A stretch of 64,000 bases of DNA from Caldisericia bacterium (GTDB taxonomy: Bacteria > Caldisericota > Caldisericia > JAAYUI01). Shown one piece after another: positions 1-10,330 of this stretch; positions within the stretch are counted from its first letter, which is position 1, and each line of letters begins with the position of its first letter. The translations under genes were made by a program, and so were the position numbers. The stretch covers positions 704,001 through 768,000 of the forward strand of contig OY771555.1 in NCBI GenBank assembly GCA_963674785.1, in the 5' to 3' direction. A model generated the notes under the pieces. It did no database searches. It saw only the letters and a program-made list of their open reading frames with translations, and had not been told where the DNA came from.

Positions 1-302
1 TTGAACACATTGATGAACGCGGATACCTTCATCATATTGGTATTGCAAACTGTGATATTTCAGGCTATCCAGATCCCGACCTTCTCCACACCATGTGGAA
101 CGGAAATGAATGGGTCAATGTTAAAGACGAATCAGTTCCAGCGGAAGGTGATGAAAGCTGTTTGTTCTACATTAACTATAATGACAGACCACCTAGTGAT
201 TTCATAATAAAAACATTCAAAAACAATGTTTATATAATATGGCACCAATGGTCGAAGACTGTATCGAGAGATATTCACTATATGGAGTGGATTGAAGAAT
301 AA
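1..302 (+). CDS. 3' end of a hypothetical protein, truncated by the window edge
   Basis: The frame of ORF 93..302 is open back to position 3 (EHIDERGYLHHIGIANCDISGYPDPDLLHTMWNGNEW...); stop TAA at 300-302. Confidence 0.6.
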   Translation, partial: EHIDERGYLHHIGIANCDISGYPDPDLLHTMWNGNEWVNVKDESVPAEGDESCLFYINYNDRPPSDFIIKTFKNNVYIIWHQWSKTVSRDIHYMEWIEE

Positions 303-404
303 GGTTTAGGTTTATGCCAAGTTCGAAATGATATCATCCCACGTTACTCCAGACTTGATACTTTGACCATCATCAAAAATCTTTGACTGAAAAATAGAAG
401 ATTC

Positions 405-660
405 AAATGCAACCCTGGATGTCCGATCCGTCATCCCGCACTGGCATGACGTAGTAAGAGAATGTCTTTCCAGCGAAGGCTGGAAACCAGGGTATAAAAA
501 AGCGTAATCTTTTTTATCTGGTGAGATGGATTTGACCAATATCAATAATTCCCCACGAGATATTTCATGACTCAAGTGTAACCCTGGATTCCGGGTCAAG
601 CCCGGAATGACGAGGGAGTAGTCGGGCATGAAGGGAAATAATCAGGAATGACTAGTGAAG
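405..660. repeat. Cluster of CGTC-type palindromic (REP-like) repeats including a 150-bp inverted REP doublet (463-612)
   Basis: Hairpins GTCTTTCCAGCGAAGGCTGGAAACCAGGG (from 463) and CCCTGGATTCCGGGTCAAGCCCGGAATGACG (to 612); the reverse complement aligns by eye with 28529-28720 and 30872-31021. Confidence 0.85.
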
Positions 661-759
661 GATTCCTGTACGTCCACCAACAAGAAACGAATTCAACAAC
701 TGGACTGAATGATAAGAAATCGCGGTCTAGCATGATTCGGCGCAATTAACGGATACAAA

Positions 760-791
760 CAACTGACCCCCTAATCTAAGGGGGCCAGTTG
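760..791 (-). terminator. Probable terminator hairpin downstream of the MarR gene
   Basis: Inverted repeat CAACTGACCCCCT/AGGGGGCCAGTTG just past the marR stop; only a weak T-tract on the minus strand. Confidence 0.4.
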
Positions 792-800
792 ATGGATAAT

Positions 801-1247
801 TTATCGACATTTTTTCATCAAAGCTGTCAGTGTATTCATGCCTGATATTAGGAGTTCTTTTTCCTCACCTGTCAAAACCTTTGTCTTTTCCTCAACATAT
901 TGACTATGTAGCTTGTGAATCCCGTCTGTGAGTTTTTTCCCGGCATCAGTCAATTCAAGGAATGAAATCCTTTTATCGTTGGCATCTTTGATCCTGACAA
1001 TATAACCAAGCTCAATCAGTTTTTTTGCAACTGGGGTGAAAGAACCTTTTTCAAGACTAATTCTCTTGCTGACTTTGTGCATCGGTGTTGACCCTTTGAT
1101 GGCAAGGTAGTGGAGGGTTCTGATGTGGGTCTGGTTCATCTGATCTGGAATATCCAAATTATCGAGAAATCTCTTGTAAAAAGCAGACATTATCGTGTGT
1201 TGCAGTTCGATTATGCTTTTAAAGATATCGTCATTATTTGTCTTCAT
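801..1247 (-). CDS. MarR-family transcriptional regulator
   Basis: 148 aa; wHTH with KKLIELGYIVRIKDANDKRISFLELTDAGK (DxRxxxxxLTxxG motif); ATGA overlap with the upstream MATE gene. Confidence 0.92.
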   Translation of the reverse strand: MKTNNDDIFKSIIELQHTIMSAFYKRFLDNLDIPDQMNQTHIRTLHYLAIKGSTPMHKVSKRISLEKGSFTPVAKKLIELGYIVRIKDANDKRISFLELTDAGKKLTDGIHKLHSQYVEEKTKVLTGEEKELLISGMNTLTALMKKCR

Positions 1248-2620
1248 TTTGCCTCAGAAAACCTTGGTGTAAGACCCGAGATGTGCTGTCTACCTTTTTT
1301 GTAACTATCAAAAAGAGCAATGGCTGTGATTATTACAGAGATAACACCCGCAACAGGGGTTGATGCCCACACCCCATTTAAGCCAAAGAATAATGGGAGG
1401 ATAAGAACTGCTGGAATGAGGAGAAAAATCTGTCTGAGTAGTCCAAGGAAAAATGCCATAAAACCATTTGCAATCGATTGATAGAACCCAACACCTAAAA
1501 TGTTGATGCAAACAACAGGAAGTGCGAGTACAAAAATCCTGAGTCCATTTATCGCAACACCCATAGTAGCAGATTCCGAGCTGATAAAGATTCCGATAAA
1601 CATCTGTGGGAAAAGCTCAATCAGTAAGAAAATGAAAGTCGAGAAAATGATTCCAACAAACAGTGCAAGAGTCAAAGTTTTATACACTCTTTCTGTTTGT
1701 TTTGCTCCGTGGTTGAACCCGATGATCGGCTGCATTCCCTGACTGATACCCATCAGTGGCATAATAAACAGTGTATATAAGCTATTGATTGCACCCATTG
1801 ATGTGATGCCTGCCATTCCACCATATTGCACAAGCCCTCGGTTCATAAACATCATTGAAAGGCTTGTACCAATTGTTGTGATAAATGTCGCAAATCCCAC
1901 TGTGATTATGTTCATCGCAATCTTCATTTTCAGGATGAAGTCTGAAAAAACTGGTGAGAGGATACTCTTTTTTCTGAAATAAAATGACAGCAGTATTGAA
2001 CAACCGACTAACTGACCAATAATTGTTGCATATGCAGCTCCTTCCACTCCCCAACCAAAAACAACAATGAAGAAATAATCAAGCACGATGTTTGTAAGGG
2101 CTGAAGTGATCATTGAAACCATCGAAAAAACCGGATGTCCTTCTGCTCTCACAATGTTGTTTAGTGAAAAGCCTATTGCTTGGAAAATAAATCCAAAGAG
2201 GATTATTTTCATGTAGCTGGATGCAATGCCCAATGTCTCAGGTGTTGCTCCGAAGAGCTTCAACACGGGGTTCAGGGTAAGGAGAATGATTGCCGATATT
2301 GTAATGGCAATTACTATCGCTAGTCCAATTGTGTTACCAAATATCTTGTTTGCAGATTTTGTGTCCCTTTCTCCAAGTTTTATCGAAAGAAGAGAAGATC
2401 CACCAATCCCAGGTAAACCCGCAAACGCAAAGATTATCATCATCACCGGGAAGGCGATTGTAAGCCCTGCAAGGGCTGCCTCTCCTGCGAAGTTTCCGAT
2501 AAACATCCTGTCAACAACGTTGTAGATTGAGTTTACAATCATGGCAACAATCGCTGGGGCTGAGTATTGAAAGAGGAGTCTGCCAACAGATTTTGTAGCT
2601 AGTTCTTTTGTCCTATCCAT
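1244..2620 (-). CDS. MATE-family efflux transporter (MepA-like)
   Basis: 458 aa, about 12 hydrophobic segments; motifs YNVVDRMFIG, NIVLDYFFIVVFGWGVEGAAYAT, QPIIGFNHGA. Confidence 0.95.
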   Translation of the reverse strand: MDRTKELATKSVGRLLFQYSAPAIVAMIVNSIYNVVDRMFIGNFAGEAALAGLTIAFPVMMIIFAFAGLPGIGGSSLLSIKLGERDTKSANKIFGNTIGLAIVIAITISAIILLTLNPVLKLFGATPETLGIASSYMKIILFGFIFQAIGFSLNNIVRAEGHPVFSMVSMITSALTNIVLDYFFIVVFGWGVEGAAYATIIGQLVGCSILLSFYFRKKSILSPVFSDFILKMKIAMNIITVGFATFITTIGTSLSMMFMNRGLVQYGGMAGITSMGAINSLYTLFIMPLMGISQGMQPIIGFNHGAKQTERVYKTLTLALFVGIIFSTFIFLLIELFPQMFIGIFISSESATMGVAINGLRIFVLALPVVCINILGVGFYQSIANGFMAFFLGLLRQIFLLIPAVLILPLFFGLNGVWASTPVAGVISVIITAIALFDSYKKGRQHISGLTPRFSEAK

Positions 2621-2651
2621 AATAATTTTCCTTTACCAAATAATTTATGAT

Positions 2652-2706
2652 AGTTAGAATACTAACTGTCCAAATATGAACAATTAAAATAGTAAGAAAT
2701 CTAACA
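2652..2706. promoter_or_regulatory. Two putative MarR operator palindromes upstream of the MATE-marR operon
   Basis: AGTTAG-aata-CTAACT at 2652-2667 and a degenerate copy AGTAAG-aaat-CTAACA at 2691-2706. Confidence 0.55.
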
Positions 2707-2742
2707 ATACTTGTGATAATTCGTCTCCTGAACACTGTCTAC

Positions 2743-2800
2743 TTGACAGATTAGAGAAATAGTTTAATATTCAACTAGATAGTTCAACCATATGGTTGAA
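2743..2800 (+). promoter_or_regulatory. Sigma-70-type promoter with putative TetR operator
   Basis: TTGACA at 2743-2748; perfect 18-bp palindrome TTCAACCATATGGTTGAA at 2783-2800 with an overlapping degenerate copy TTCAACTAGATAGTTCAA. Confidence 0.65.
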
Positions 2801-2818
2801 AATATACGAGGAACGGTT

Positions 2819-3436
2819 ATGAAAGAAAAGCAAGTTGAGCAGAACATAATAAATTCAGCAGTGAAGGTTTTCATAGAAAAAGGCAAAGATGGAGCAAGGA
2901 TGCAAGAGATTGCAGATGGTGCGGGTGTAAACAAAATGCTCCTTCATTATTACTTTAAGGATAAAAACAGTTTGTTCCTCGAGGTCATCAGAAAAGTTTG
3001 TGTGGATTTATATGGATCGGTTATTGAAGAAAGCACTAAAACATCAACCTTTAGAGAGTTCCTTTCCGTTTTTATAAAAAGGCACTTTGATTTCTTGAAT
3101 GAAAAAAAAGATTCATTTCAGTTTCTGTTGTGGGAATTAAGTCGAAATAGATTCAATCTGAAGGAAATACTTTCTAATTCATATATTTTAGATGACATGA
3201 ATCCTTTCGAGATAATATCGACAGAGATGCAAAAAGCCATATCCAATGGTGAGATTCGACCAGTGGACAAAACCGAATTCATTCTAAATCTCTTCAGTCT
3301 CGATTTGTTCATGTTTCTTGCATTACCAGCCATAAAGGGCATATGCCCAATGAATGATTTGGAGGTAGAAGAAATGATTGATCGAAGAAAAAAAGAAGTG
3401 TTCAGGTTGCTGTGGAATGACATAAAACTAGATTAG
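2819..3436 (+). CDS. TetR/AcrR-family transcriptional regulator
   Basis: N-terminal HTH FIEKGKDGARMQEIADGAGVNKMLLHYYFKDK; start moved to ATG 2819 behind GAGG. Confidence 0.93.
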   Translation: MKEKQVEQNIINSAVKVFIEKGKDGARMQEIADGAGVNKMLLHYYFKDKNSLFLEVIRKVCVDLYGSVIEESTKTSTFREFLSVFIKRHFDFLNEKKDSFQFLLWELSRNRFNLKEILSNSYILDDMNPFEIISTEMQKAISNGEIRPVDKTEFILNLFSLDLFMFLALPAIKGICPMNDLEVEEMIDRRKKEVFRLLWNDIKLD

Positions 3437-3447
3437 GGGGAACGAAG

Positions 3448-4401
3448 ATGTCTATTGTTATATCAAATCTTAGCAAATCCTTTGGGGAAAGAAGAGTTTT
3501 AGACGGAATTTCTCTAAACATAGGGAAACAGAATTTTACACTTCTGGGTCCAAATGGGGCTGGGAAAACCACATTAGTTAATATCATCTGTGGTTTGTTG
3601 AAATATGATTCAGGCACAATAAATGTTTGTGGTATCAATCCCCAAACACATATACATGAGGTGCGGAAAAAAATCGGACTTGTTACCCAAGATACCTCAA
3701 TCTACAACTATCTGACAGCAAGAGAAAACTTAGATTTCCACGCAAACTTCTATGGAGTTCCAAAGAAAAAAGTGAAAAGCAAGGTAAATGAAGCACTTGA
3801 GCTAGCACAACTTGAGGAGAGAGCTAATGATCTGGTTGGGACATTCTCCGGAGGAATGAAAAGACGACTTGCGCTTGTCAGGGCAATGCTTCACGATCCT
3901 GAAATAATTGTTTTAGATGAGCCAACACTTGGGGTTGATGTGCAAAACAGAAATGAAATCTGGAACAAAATACTTGAAATGAAAGGAAAAAAAACGGTCT
4001 TTATAAATACCAACTACATGGACGAGGCAGACAGCCTGTCTGACATTTGTGCGGTGATTGACGGTGGGAAGATCGTAGCTCTGGATACACCTGACAACAT
4101 GAAAACAAATTACTCCGATGGTGTGCAATTGGAGGCAAAAATCCAAATCAACCAATCTGAATTTGGCAACTTAAAAGCAAAACTGAAAAACTACTCATCC
4201 GAAACCATGATTGTGGAGAATAGAACAGAAAAAAATTATCATGTATCCATCCCAGCAAAAAAACAAGCAAATATCTTGCTTGCTGAGGTGGCCGAGATCT
4301 TTAATGAAAGTGATGGTGTTGCAATCAAAGATCTTCAGATAAGGGTTCCAACTCTTGATGATGTTTTCCTAAAACTGACAGGCAAAAAACTTCGGGATTA
4401 A
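3448..4401 (+). CDS. ABC-2 exporter ATP-binding protein (DrrA-like)
   Basis: Walker A GPNGAGKTT, signature FSGGMKRR, Walker B VLDEPT, C-terminal PTLDDVFLKLTG. Confidence 0.95.
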   Translation: MSIVISNLSKSFGERRVLDGISLNIGKQNFTLLGPNGAGKTTLVNIICGLLKYDSGTINVCGINPQTHIHEVRKKIGLVTQDTSIYNYLTARENLDFHANFYGVPKKKVKSKVNEALELAQLEERANDLVGTFSGGMKRRLALVRAMLHDPEIIVLDEPTLGVDVQNRNEIWNKILEMKGKKTVFINTNYMDEADSLSDICAVIDGGKIVALDTPDNMKTNYSDGVQLEAKIQINQSEFGNLKAKLKNYSSETMIVENRTEKNYHVSIPAKKQANILLAEVAEIFNESDGVAIKDLQIRVPTLDDVFLKLTGKKLRD

Positions 4402-4411
4402 TGAGGCTCAA

Positions 4412-5527
4412 ATGCGAAAAGTCTTAAGTTTAATGATAGCCGATTTGAAGATATGGATAAGGCAGCCGAAGCTTCTAATAATGACTGTAGCACCGCTCCT
4501 AATTATTTCGGTTTTTGGAGGTTTTTTTCTTGCAAAAGCTGAGGTGCTTCCACTGGCAATAGTCTTGGAGGATAATGATCCCGCCGCAATAAGGCTCGAA
4601 AACTACCTCATAAACTTGAAAAGTGGTTCAGGTGTTACTTGGTTTGATGTAGTTAAAAATGAGAACCTCACTGCACAAGAACAATTTGAAAAAGGAAAAG
4701 TTCTTGGGTTAATTACCATTCCAGCGAATTTAACTGATCGAATAAACTCAGAGGAAACAGTTAAAATCCCAATAAAGATCAACAACATCAATGATGACGT
4801 GACTAAGAATTTCATCCAAAGGATGCAAAATGCTTTCAATCATTTCAATGATGATCTTGTGGTTGACGATTCCGTTTACAATATGATACGTGCAGATTTC
4901 AAAGGAAACACATACCCAGACTTGCCACTGATTAAGTATATTTGTGTGTCTATTCTTGGTCTAGCGATGCTCATGAGTATAAGCCTGGCAATAACTTTCT
5001 CAATTGCCAGGGAGTTTGAAGATAGAACTATGAGAGAGCTTGTAATGGCTCCAAATCTTGTCAACATATTGGCTGGCAAACTTCTGTCTGCATTGGCTCA
5101 GTCGATACTGGTTGTTGCATTCATACTCCTTGAACAATGGATTATTTTTGGTTATTTTCCACAGAATATGCTTATGCAGGTTGGATTCTTTTTCTGGGGT
5201 GCCTTCTTTTCAATTGGGCTATCGATAATTATCGCTACAAAAATCAAGCAGATTCTTCCGGCTGGCATTCTCATAATGGTTATAAATATTGCTAGTTGGT
5301 GGGTTTCAGGTGGGCTTGCTCCGGCTGAAGCATGGACGGGTTTATTACGAATAATCGCCGACTATTGGCCTGGAACATATTTCTATCAAGTCTACATAAA
5401 TGCTTCACTTTTGGGTAAGGAAAGCAGTAATCTATTTTTGCGCAACCTTACAATAACGGGGATATTTGGGACAGTGATGATCTTAATAGCGTTTACAATA
5501 TTTGCTAGGGAGGTAAGGGAAGTATGA
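4412..5527 (+). CDS. ABC-2 transporter permease
   Basis: N-terminal TM, extracytoplasmic domain, IAREFEDRT motif, five C-terminal TMs. Confidence 0.9.
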   Translation: MRKVLSLMIADLKIWIRQPKLLIMTVAPLLIISVFGGFFLAKAEVLPLAIVLEDNDPAAIRLENYLINLKSGSGVTWFDVVKNENLTAQEQFEKGKVLGLITIPANLTDRINSEETVKIPIKINNINDDVTKNFIQRMQNAFNHFNDDLVVDDSVYNMIRADFKGNTYPDLPLIKYICVSILGLAMLMSISLAITFSIAREFEDRTMRELVMAPNLVNILAGKLLSALAQSILVVAFILLEQWIIFGYFPQNMLMQVGFFFWGAFFSIGLSIIIATKIKQILPAGILIMVINIASWWVSGGLAPAEAWTGLLRIIADYWPGTYFYQVYINASLLGKESSNLFLRNLTITGIFGTVMILIAFTIFAREVREV

Positions 5528-6666
5528 GACCAAAGATCTTTGCTGAAATAAAAAAATCTTTCAAATACTGGAAGAAGAACAAAATGATAGCACTTGTATC
5601 AATCTTTCCTCCATTGCTGATCAGTCTGCTTTTTGTTGGTGCATTTAGAACAACAGGCATTGTAAATATTGCAGTTGTTAACAAAGATGCAGTTTCATCT
5701 AGTCTTTGGACTGAGAAATTCCTTGATGTAATGGAATTAAAAACAGGCACGATTCCACACTTTAACGTTATCCTAACTGATGAAGAAGCATCAGGCAAAA
5801 TGTTCGAAATGCACCAAACATTTGCTGTTTTGTATATCCAAGAAGGATTTGGTAAAAGTATTGAGAATGGAAAGCCGATTCCGATAACAGTAAAGTTTAC
5901 TTCGGTGCATGAAGATATTTCAAAGAATGTCAGACTTGGTATTGAGGCCAGGATATATGATTTTGCAAAACTATATGGATTGGACTCAAATGAGAGACCT
6001 GGAATTATCATTGATAAAAAACTTGAAAACTCTTCTCTTTTGAGGTCAGATTATATGATGGCAGGTATTCTCATTTGGACGATGGTATTCTTTGGTTTAT
6101 TGATAGGAGGTGCTTTAGGGGCAAATGAAAAAGAAGGTGGAACTGATATATACATTGAGATGGCACCAAACGGAAGAATTATCTCCATGATTGGGAAATG
6201 GGTAGCGACAATAGCTATTTCTGGTTTGATGATGGTTATTCTAGGTGCCTGTTATGTAATATTCTTTGGAATGAAAATTCCAAATTTGCAGAGCATCTCA
6301 CTAATATTGCTTGTATTTTTGATGCTTTCGATAGTATTCAGTTTCCCAGGAGTTTTGTACGGTATGAAAGTTGGTGACTTCAGGCTTGTTCCCGCCCCCA
6401 TGATAATACTGAGCATAACACTGTGGCTTGTCTCCGGTGCCCTGAATCCATTAGAATTCTCGGCAGGATATTCATTTTTTAAGTATTTGCCAACAGCATC
6501 TGGAATTAGAATTATTTCATATTCAATGTTTGATCGAGGTGGACAATTTATAACAGAGTCATTTATTGTTTTGGTTCTATGGATTTTTTTGGTCTTTGTG
6601 ATTTTTTTGCTTGTGATTCTTGTGAATCATAGAAAATGTAAACCAAAACTCTCAAACCAAAACTGA
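5524..6666 (+). CDS. ABC-2 transporter permease
   Basis: Same architecture; IAVVNKD and ANEKEGGT motifs; overlaps the previous gene. Confidence 0.9.
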   Translation: MRPKIFAEIKKSFKYWKKNKMIALVSIFPPLLISLLFVGAFRTTGIVNIAVVNKDAVSSSLWTEKFLDVMELKTGTIPHFNVILTDEEASGKMFEMHQTFAVLYIQEGFGKSIENGKPIPITVKFTSVHEDISKNVRLGIEARIYDFAKLYGLDSNERPGIIIDKKLENSSLLRSDYMMAGILIWTMVFFGLLIGGALGANEKEGGTDIYIEMAPNGRIISMIGKWVATIAISGLMMVILGACYVIFFGMKIPNLQSISLILLVFLMLSIVFSFPGVLYGMKVGDFRLVPAPMIILSITLWLVSGALNPLEFSAGYSFFKYLPTASGIRIISYSMFDRGGQFITESFIVLVLWIFLVFVIFLLVILVNHRKCKPKLSNQN

Positions 6667-6730
6667 TACGCTCTCAAGTCTGAAGATGTTTGAGATTCTA
6701 ACCCTCTGTCTGGGTCAACAGGCTAAGAGA

Positions 6731-6950
6731 ACCCTCTCTACGAGGGAGGGATGGTGACGAAGCCACCAGGGAGGGTTAAAAGATTTTCACAATTTCAGCT
6801 GGAAACCATGTTATAGAAAGGCGTATTCCTTTTTTTAGGTGAAACAGTTTGACCATCATCAACAAATTCCCCACAAAATATCTCATGATTTAAGAGCACC
6901 TTGGATTCCCACCCAGCCTTCAACACTCTGGCAAGCTCGGGAATCTCCAA
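6731..6950. repeat. Repeat cluster: CCCTCCC-type double hairpin (6731-6778, minus orientation) plus a degenerate REP-doublet unit (~6795-6945)
   Basis: 6731-6778 is the reverse complement of the 29097-29144 motif; 6798-6910 aligns with 479-592 (GCTGGAAACCA...TTTGACCA..ATCAA..AATTCCCCAC..ATAT.TCATGA...TGGATTCC). Confidence 0.75.
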
Positions 6951-7047
6951 GATGATAATGTGCCTGCATAGATCGATTGATATTGATTAATCATAAATTT
7001 TTTGTTATATTAATGCTAAATCAATACCCTAAAAGGAAGGTGTCAGC

Positions 7048-7812
7048 ATGAATAACAGGGCGTTTTTGGTTGGTCTTGTCTGGTTTGTATCTCTTGTCCC
7101 AATGTTTTTTATGGGCATGTTCGGTGATTGGATTGAATACTATGTGGGGATCATCCAGCTTCTGGCTGCTTTCCTCACAGTTTATTTCTGTTTTGACACC
7201 AGCAGAGCGCTTGATAGTGACGATCCAAACAAAATCGTATGGAACTACATTTCACTTGGTTCCCTCTCATGGGGAATCGGACTTCTGATTCACATAATCA
7301 CATTAGAGTCAGGTTTAAGAGCACCTGTTCCATTCCCATGGTTTTCAGATGTGTTTTGTTTGATGTTTACAGTGTTTGCAGCATTTGGGCTTTTCTTATT
7401 CTGGAAAAAACTTGAAATAAAGATTCCAAAATGGGGATGGATTGTAGCCGGCATATTTTTCGTTTGTGCAGTCGTCTGGTCAATTTTTGTTGCAAACAAA
7501 GGTTTCACAGCAAACACAACCAATCTCGCATTCATAGCAACCTATGTGTTCATAATCACCGATGCGATACTCCTTTCATTTGCGATAATGCTTGCATCAG
7601 CTCTTATCGGAGGAATGCTTGGTAACCAACTCTGGATTTTGATATTTGGATTTGTTGTTTACTATGCTGGAGAACAACTATACATAAGTGCTGTAAATGC
7701 AGGTATACATGGGAATATCGGTCTTGTTGACATCTCCTGGCCGGTCGCATTAGGGTTGATTTCAATCTCAGCAATACTTACAAAAACAGCACTGCAAAAA
7801 AGTTTTAATTAG
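7048..7812 (+). CDS. Integral membrane protein (about 8 TM), resembling a stand-alone membrane sensor domain
   Basis: Eight hydrophobic segments; W..I.LG..SW.IG and PFPWFSDVF motifs like those N-terminal to GGDEF/kinase proteins; SD AAGGAAGG. Confidence 0.65.
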   Translation: MNNRAFLVGLVWFVSLVPMFFMGMFGDWIEYYVGIIQLLAAFLTVYFCFDTSRALDSDDPNKIVWNYISLGSLSWGIGLLIHIITLESGLRAPVPFPWFSDVFCLMFTVFAAFGLFLFWKKLEIKIPKWGWIVAGIFFVCAVVWSIFVANKGFTANTTNLAFIATYVFIITDAILLSFAIMLASALIGGMLGNQLWILIFGFVVYYAGEQLYISAVNAGIHGNIGLVDISWPVALGLISISAILTKTALQKSFN

Positions 7813-7898
7813 AGAAAAAAGCTAGCAGAATAGTTAATATACCCCCATACGGTTTTATGTCATATTGCCAACTTGAAAAAATGGAGTATGATTGAGTT

Positions 7899-8969
7899 AT
7901 GGATAAGGAAGTGAACATAAATTCAACCGTCAGAGTAGGATTAAAATCCCTGCCCAACCGAATCATTATACCCCCCATCGTAAGGTGTAAGGCGACATCT
8001 GAAGGTTTTGTCACCGATGAGTTGATCAAAGACTATATAAAACACATAAACTCTGGGGCCTCGATGCTCATTATCGAGGCAAGCACGGTCATGAAAAATG
8101 GAAGGATTCTTCCTGGAGAACTTGGAATTTTTTCCGATGATCATATTCACGGACTCAAAAAACTTCGAGACGCTCTAAGAGAAGAAAAGCCAAATGTTCC
8201 AGTGCTTATCCAACTTGTTCACGCTGGCAGAATGTCTTGTGATTTTGATGACATTGTCGCTCCTTCACCCATTCCATTTGAAAACAGGAAAACTCCAAGA
8301 GAACTTACAACCGAAGAGGTCTATGAGATAAAGGATGCCTTTGTGGCAGCCTCTGAGAGAGCTATTAAAGCTGGGTTTGATGGAGTCGAAATACATTGTG
8401 CCCATGGTTATCTTCTCTCTCAATTCATGTCTCCCCTTTCAAACAAACGTGTTGATGAGTTCGGAGGGTCAATCTATAAGAGAGCAGAGCTTCAAATAAG
8501 AATAATTCGAGACATAAGACATAGCTTTCAAGGAAAGGGTAAGATCATCTCTGTCAGGCTTGGTGCAAAAGATGCTGGTTTTTCTGGAGGGATGAAACTG
8601 GTCGAAGGCAAGCTTATGGCGCTGCTCTATCAAAAATCCGGTGCAGACATGATAAATATGTCTCTGAATATCATCGCATCAAAACTCGGTGGCAGCAGAC
8701 CAAAAGAGGACATGGCATTTATCAATTACTCAAAAGAGATAAGTGAAGTCCTAAACGTCCCGATAGCAGTTGCTGGCGGTATCAGGAAAAAAGAGCATGC
8801 TGAAAAAATAATAAACGAAGGGTTCGCAGATATTGTTGCTGTCTGTAGAGCGGCACTTTCTGATCCCCAGTTTCCAGCAAAGGTTCTTGGAGAAAACCCC
8901 GACCCTATAATCCCTTGCATTGTATGTAATGTTTGTGTTCATTATAAGAGTGGGTGTCCGGAGAGGTAA
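7899..8969 (+). CDS. NADH:flavin oxidoreductase (old yellow enzyme family)
   Basis: QLVHAGR, AGFDGVEIHCAHGYLLSQFMSPLSNKRVDEFGGS, C-terminal CIVCNVC. Confidence 0.93.
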   Translation: MDKEVNINSTVRVGLKSLPNRIIIPPIVRCKATSEGFVTDELIKDYIKHINSGASMLIIEASTVMKNGRILPGELGIFSDDHIHGLKKLRDALREEKPNVPVLIQLVHAGRMSCDFDDIVAPSPIPFENRKTPRELTTEEVYEIKDAFVAASERAIKAGFDGVEIHCAHGYLLSQFMSPLSNKRVDEFGGSIYKRAELQIRIIRDIRHSFQGKGKIISVRLGAKDAGFSGGMKLVEGKLMALLYQKSGADMINMSLNIIASKLGGSRPKEDMAFINYSKEISEVLNVPIAVAGGIRKKEHAEKIINEGFADIVAVCRAALSDPQFPAKVLGENPDPIIPCIVCNVCVHYKSGCPER

Positions 8970-9105
8970 GATTCCAAAGGACTCTAGTAATTACTCTTTA
9001 AGTAACTTCACTATAATAATCAAACACTAATCTTGCAACCATTAAGTCATATATGATGGTATTTCTTGTCTTGAGTTCAATCATATTCTTCCTATAATCA
9101 GGTTC

Positions 9106-10326
9106 GTGAAACAGAGACATAAACAAAGCTTGGTCAGGGGAGCAATTATCTCAGGTGTAATAGTTGTTATTCTGGTTGCCTCCTTCCTGTTAATGATATT
9201 TTTAAAAGCACCAGCTGGGTCACTTGATGTTGTATTTAATATTGATGCCGGTGTAAACGCTCAGTCTATTCAGATTGCACCTTCCGGTGAGCCAATCTTC
9301 CTTGGAGATGCCGAAGGAGAGTTTAAAATCCTTGCCGGAAATGGAAGTGAAACCGCATCAATCTCTCTTGGAAAACCAATCCTTCAAATAGAAATAGATC
9401 ATCAAGAAAAAATTGTCATTATAAGAACACTTCTCAGGCTCACAGCATACACATTCGATGGTAAGCTTTCATGGGAACTCATGATTCCAGATTATCTTCC
9501 CGAAAAAATTCAGATGCTTCCACAGGGAAGAGTTGGTATATATTTTAGGAATGGTCGTGGTGAACAGCCAATGGTTGGCGTATATGATGTGAAATCTGGG
9601 GTAGCCGAGCTCTCAATGAAACTTGAAGTTCAACAGACAGACATCAATCCAACCTTCATGCCAAGCGGTCAGTCAATTGTTTTTGAGGTTATCCCAGGCA
9701 TGGTTGCTGAGGTAGCCCTTAAAGAGGGTCTTCCAATCATCTGGAAAGCACACCTCGACACATACGATAACAGATTCTCACAGCTTGAATCTATCACCAC
9801 AAACAGCAACTTTGTTGTTTGCTACTTCAAGGTTGACAGCAAACTTGGAATCGATGACAGATTCAGAGAGATATACGCCTTTGACCCAAGCAAGGTAGAA
9901 GAGGTGACAGTTGAGGATGAGTCTGCATCACCAGAACTCCCACCCGCTTGGAGAAAAAGGGTTGAAGGAGAAATCGTTCTGCTTGATTCAAACCCATCTC
10001 AGGACACGTTCCTTATACAAGCAAGAGATGTCACAATCTTCAACCGAAAGGGTGAGGTAATAGCATCAGAAACAACAAACACAGGTTTCTTCTTCTGTAC
10101 ACTTGGTGATTCAAGATATATGTCATCCTATTTCCTTGAAGCCCCAGCAAGCACAACCTATCAGGTCATGCTTGAGGCAAAAGGAATTGGACGTGAGGGA
10201 GTCCTCTGGAGAAGATCTGAAACCATGACAAACATGATCCTCCCTGTTGTAACTCCTGACTGTGAAAAGATTTTGATGGTACTTCCAGAGACAGGAAGAA
10301 TACTTTTACTGAAAACAAGATTCTAA
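9106..10326 (+). CDS. Membrane-anchored hypothetical protein, probable beta-propeller
   Basis: One N-terminal TM; beta-rich repeats (AYTFDGKLSW, YDVKSG, FNRKGEV). Confidence 0.6.
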   Translation: MKQRHKQSLVRGAIISGVIVVILVASFLLMIFLKAPAGSLDVVFNIDAGVNAQSIQIAPSGEPIFLGDAEGEFKILAGNGSETASISLGKPILQIEIDHQEKIVIIRTLLRLTAYTFDGKLSWELMIPDYLPEKIQMLPQGRVGIYFRNGRGEQPMVGVYDVKSGVAELSMKLEVQQTDINPTFMPSGQSIVFEVIPGMVAEVALKEGLPIIWKAHLDTYDNRFSQLESITTNSNFVVCYFKVDSKLGIDDRFREIYAFDPSKVEEVTVEDESASPELPPAWRKRVEGEIVLLDSNPSQDTFLIQARDVTIFNRKGEVIASETTNTGFFFCTLGDSRYMSSYFLEAPASTTYQVMLEAKGIGREGVLWRRSETMTNMILPVVTPDCEKILMVLPETGRILLLKTRF

Positions 10327-10330
10327 TAAC

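Noticed and set aside
312-629. 105-aa minus-strand ORF
   Set aside because: It runs through the palindromic repeat cluster (VIPGLTRNPG is the translated repeat) and is probably spurious
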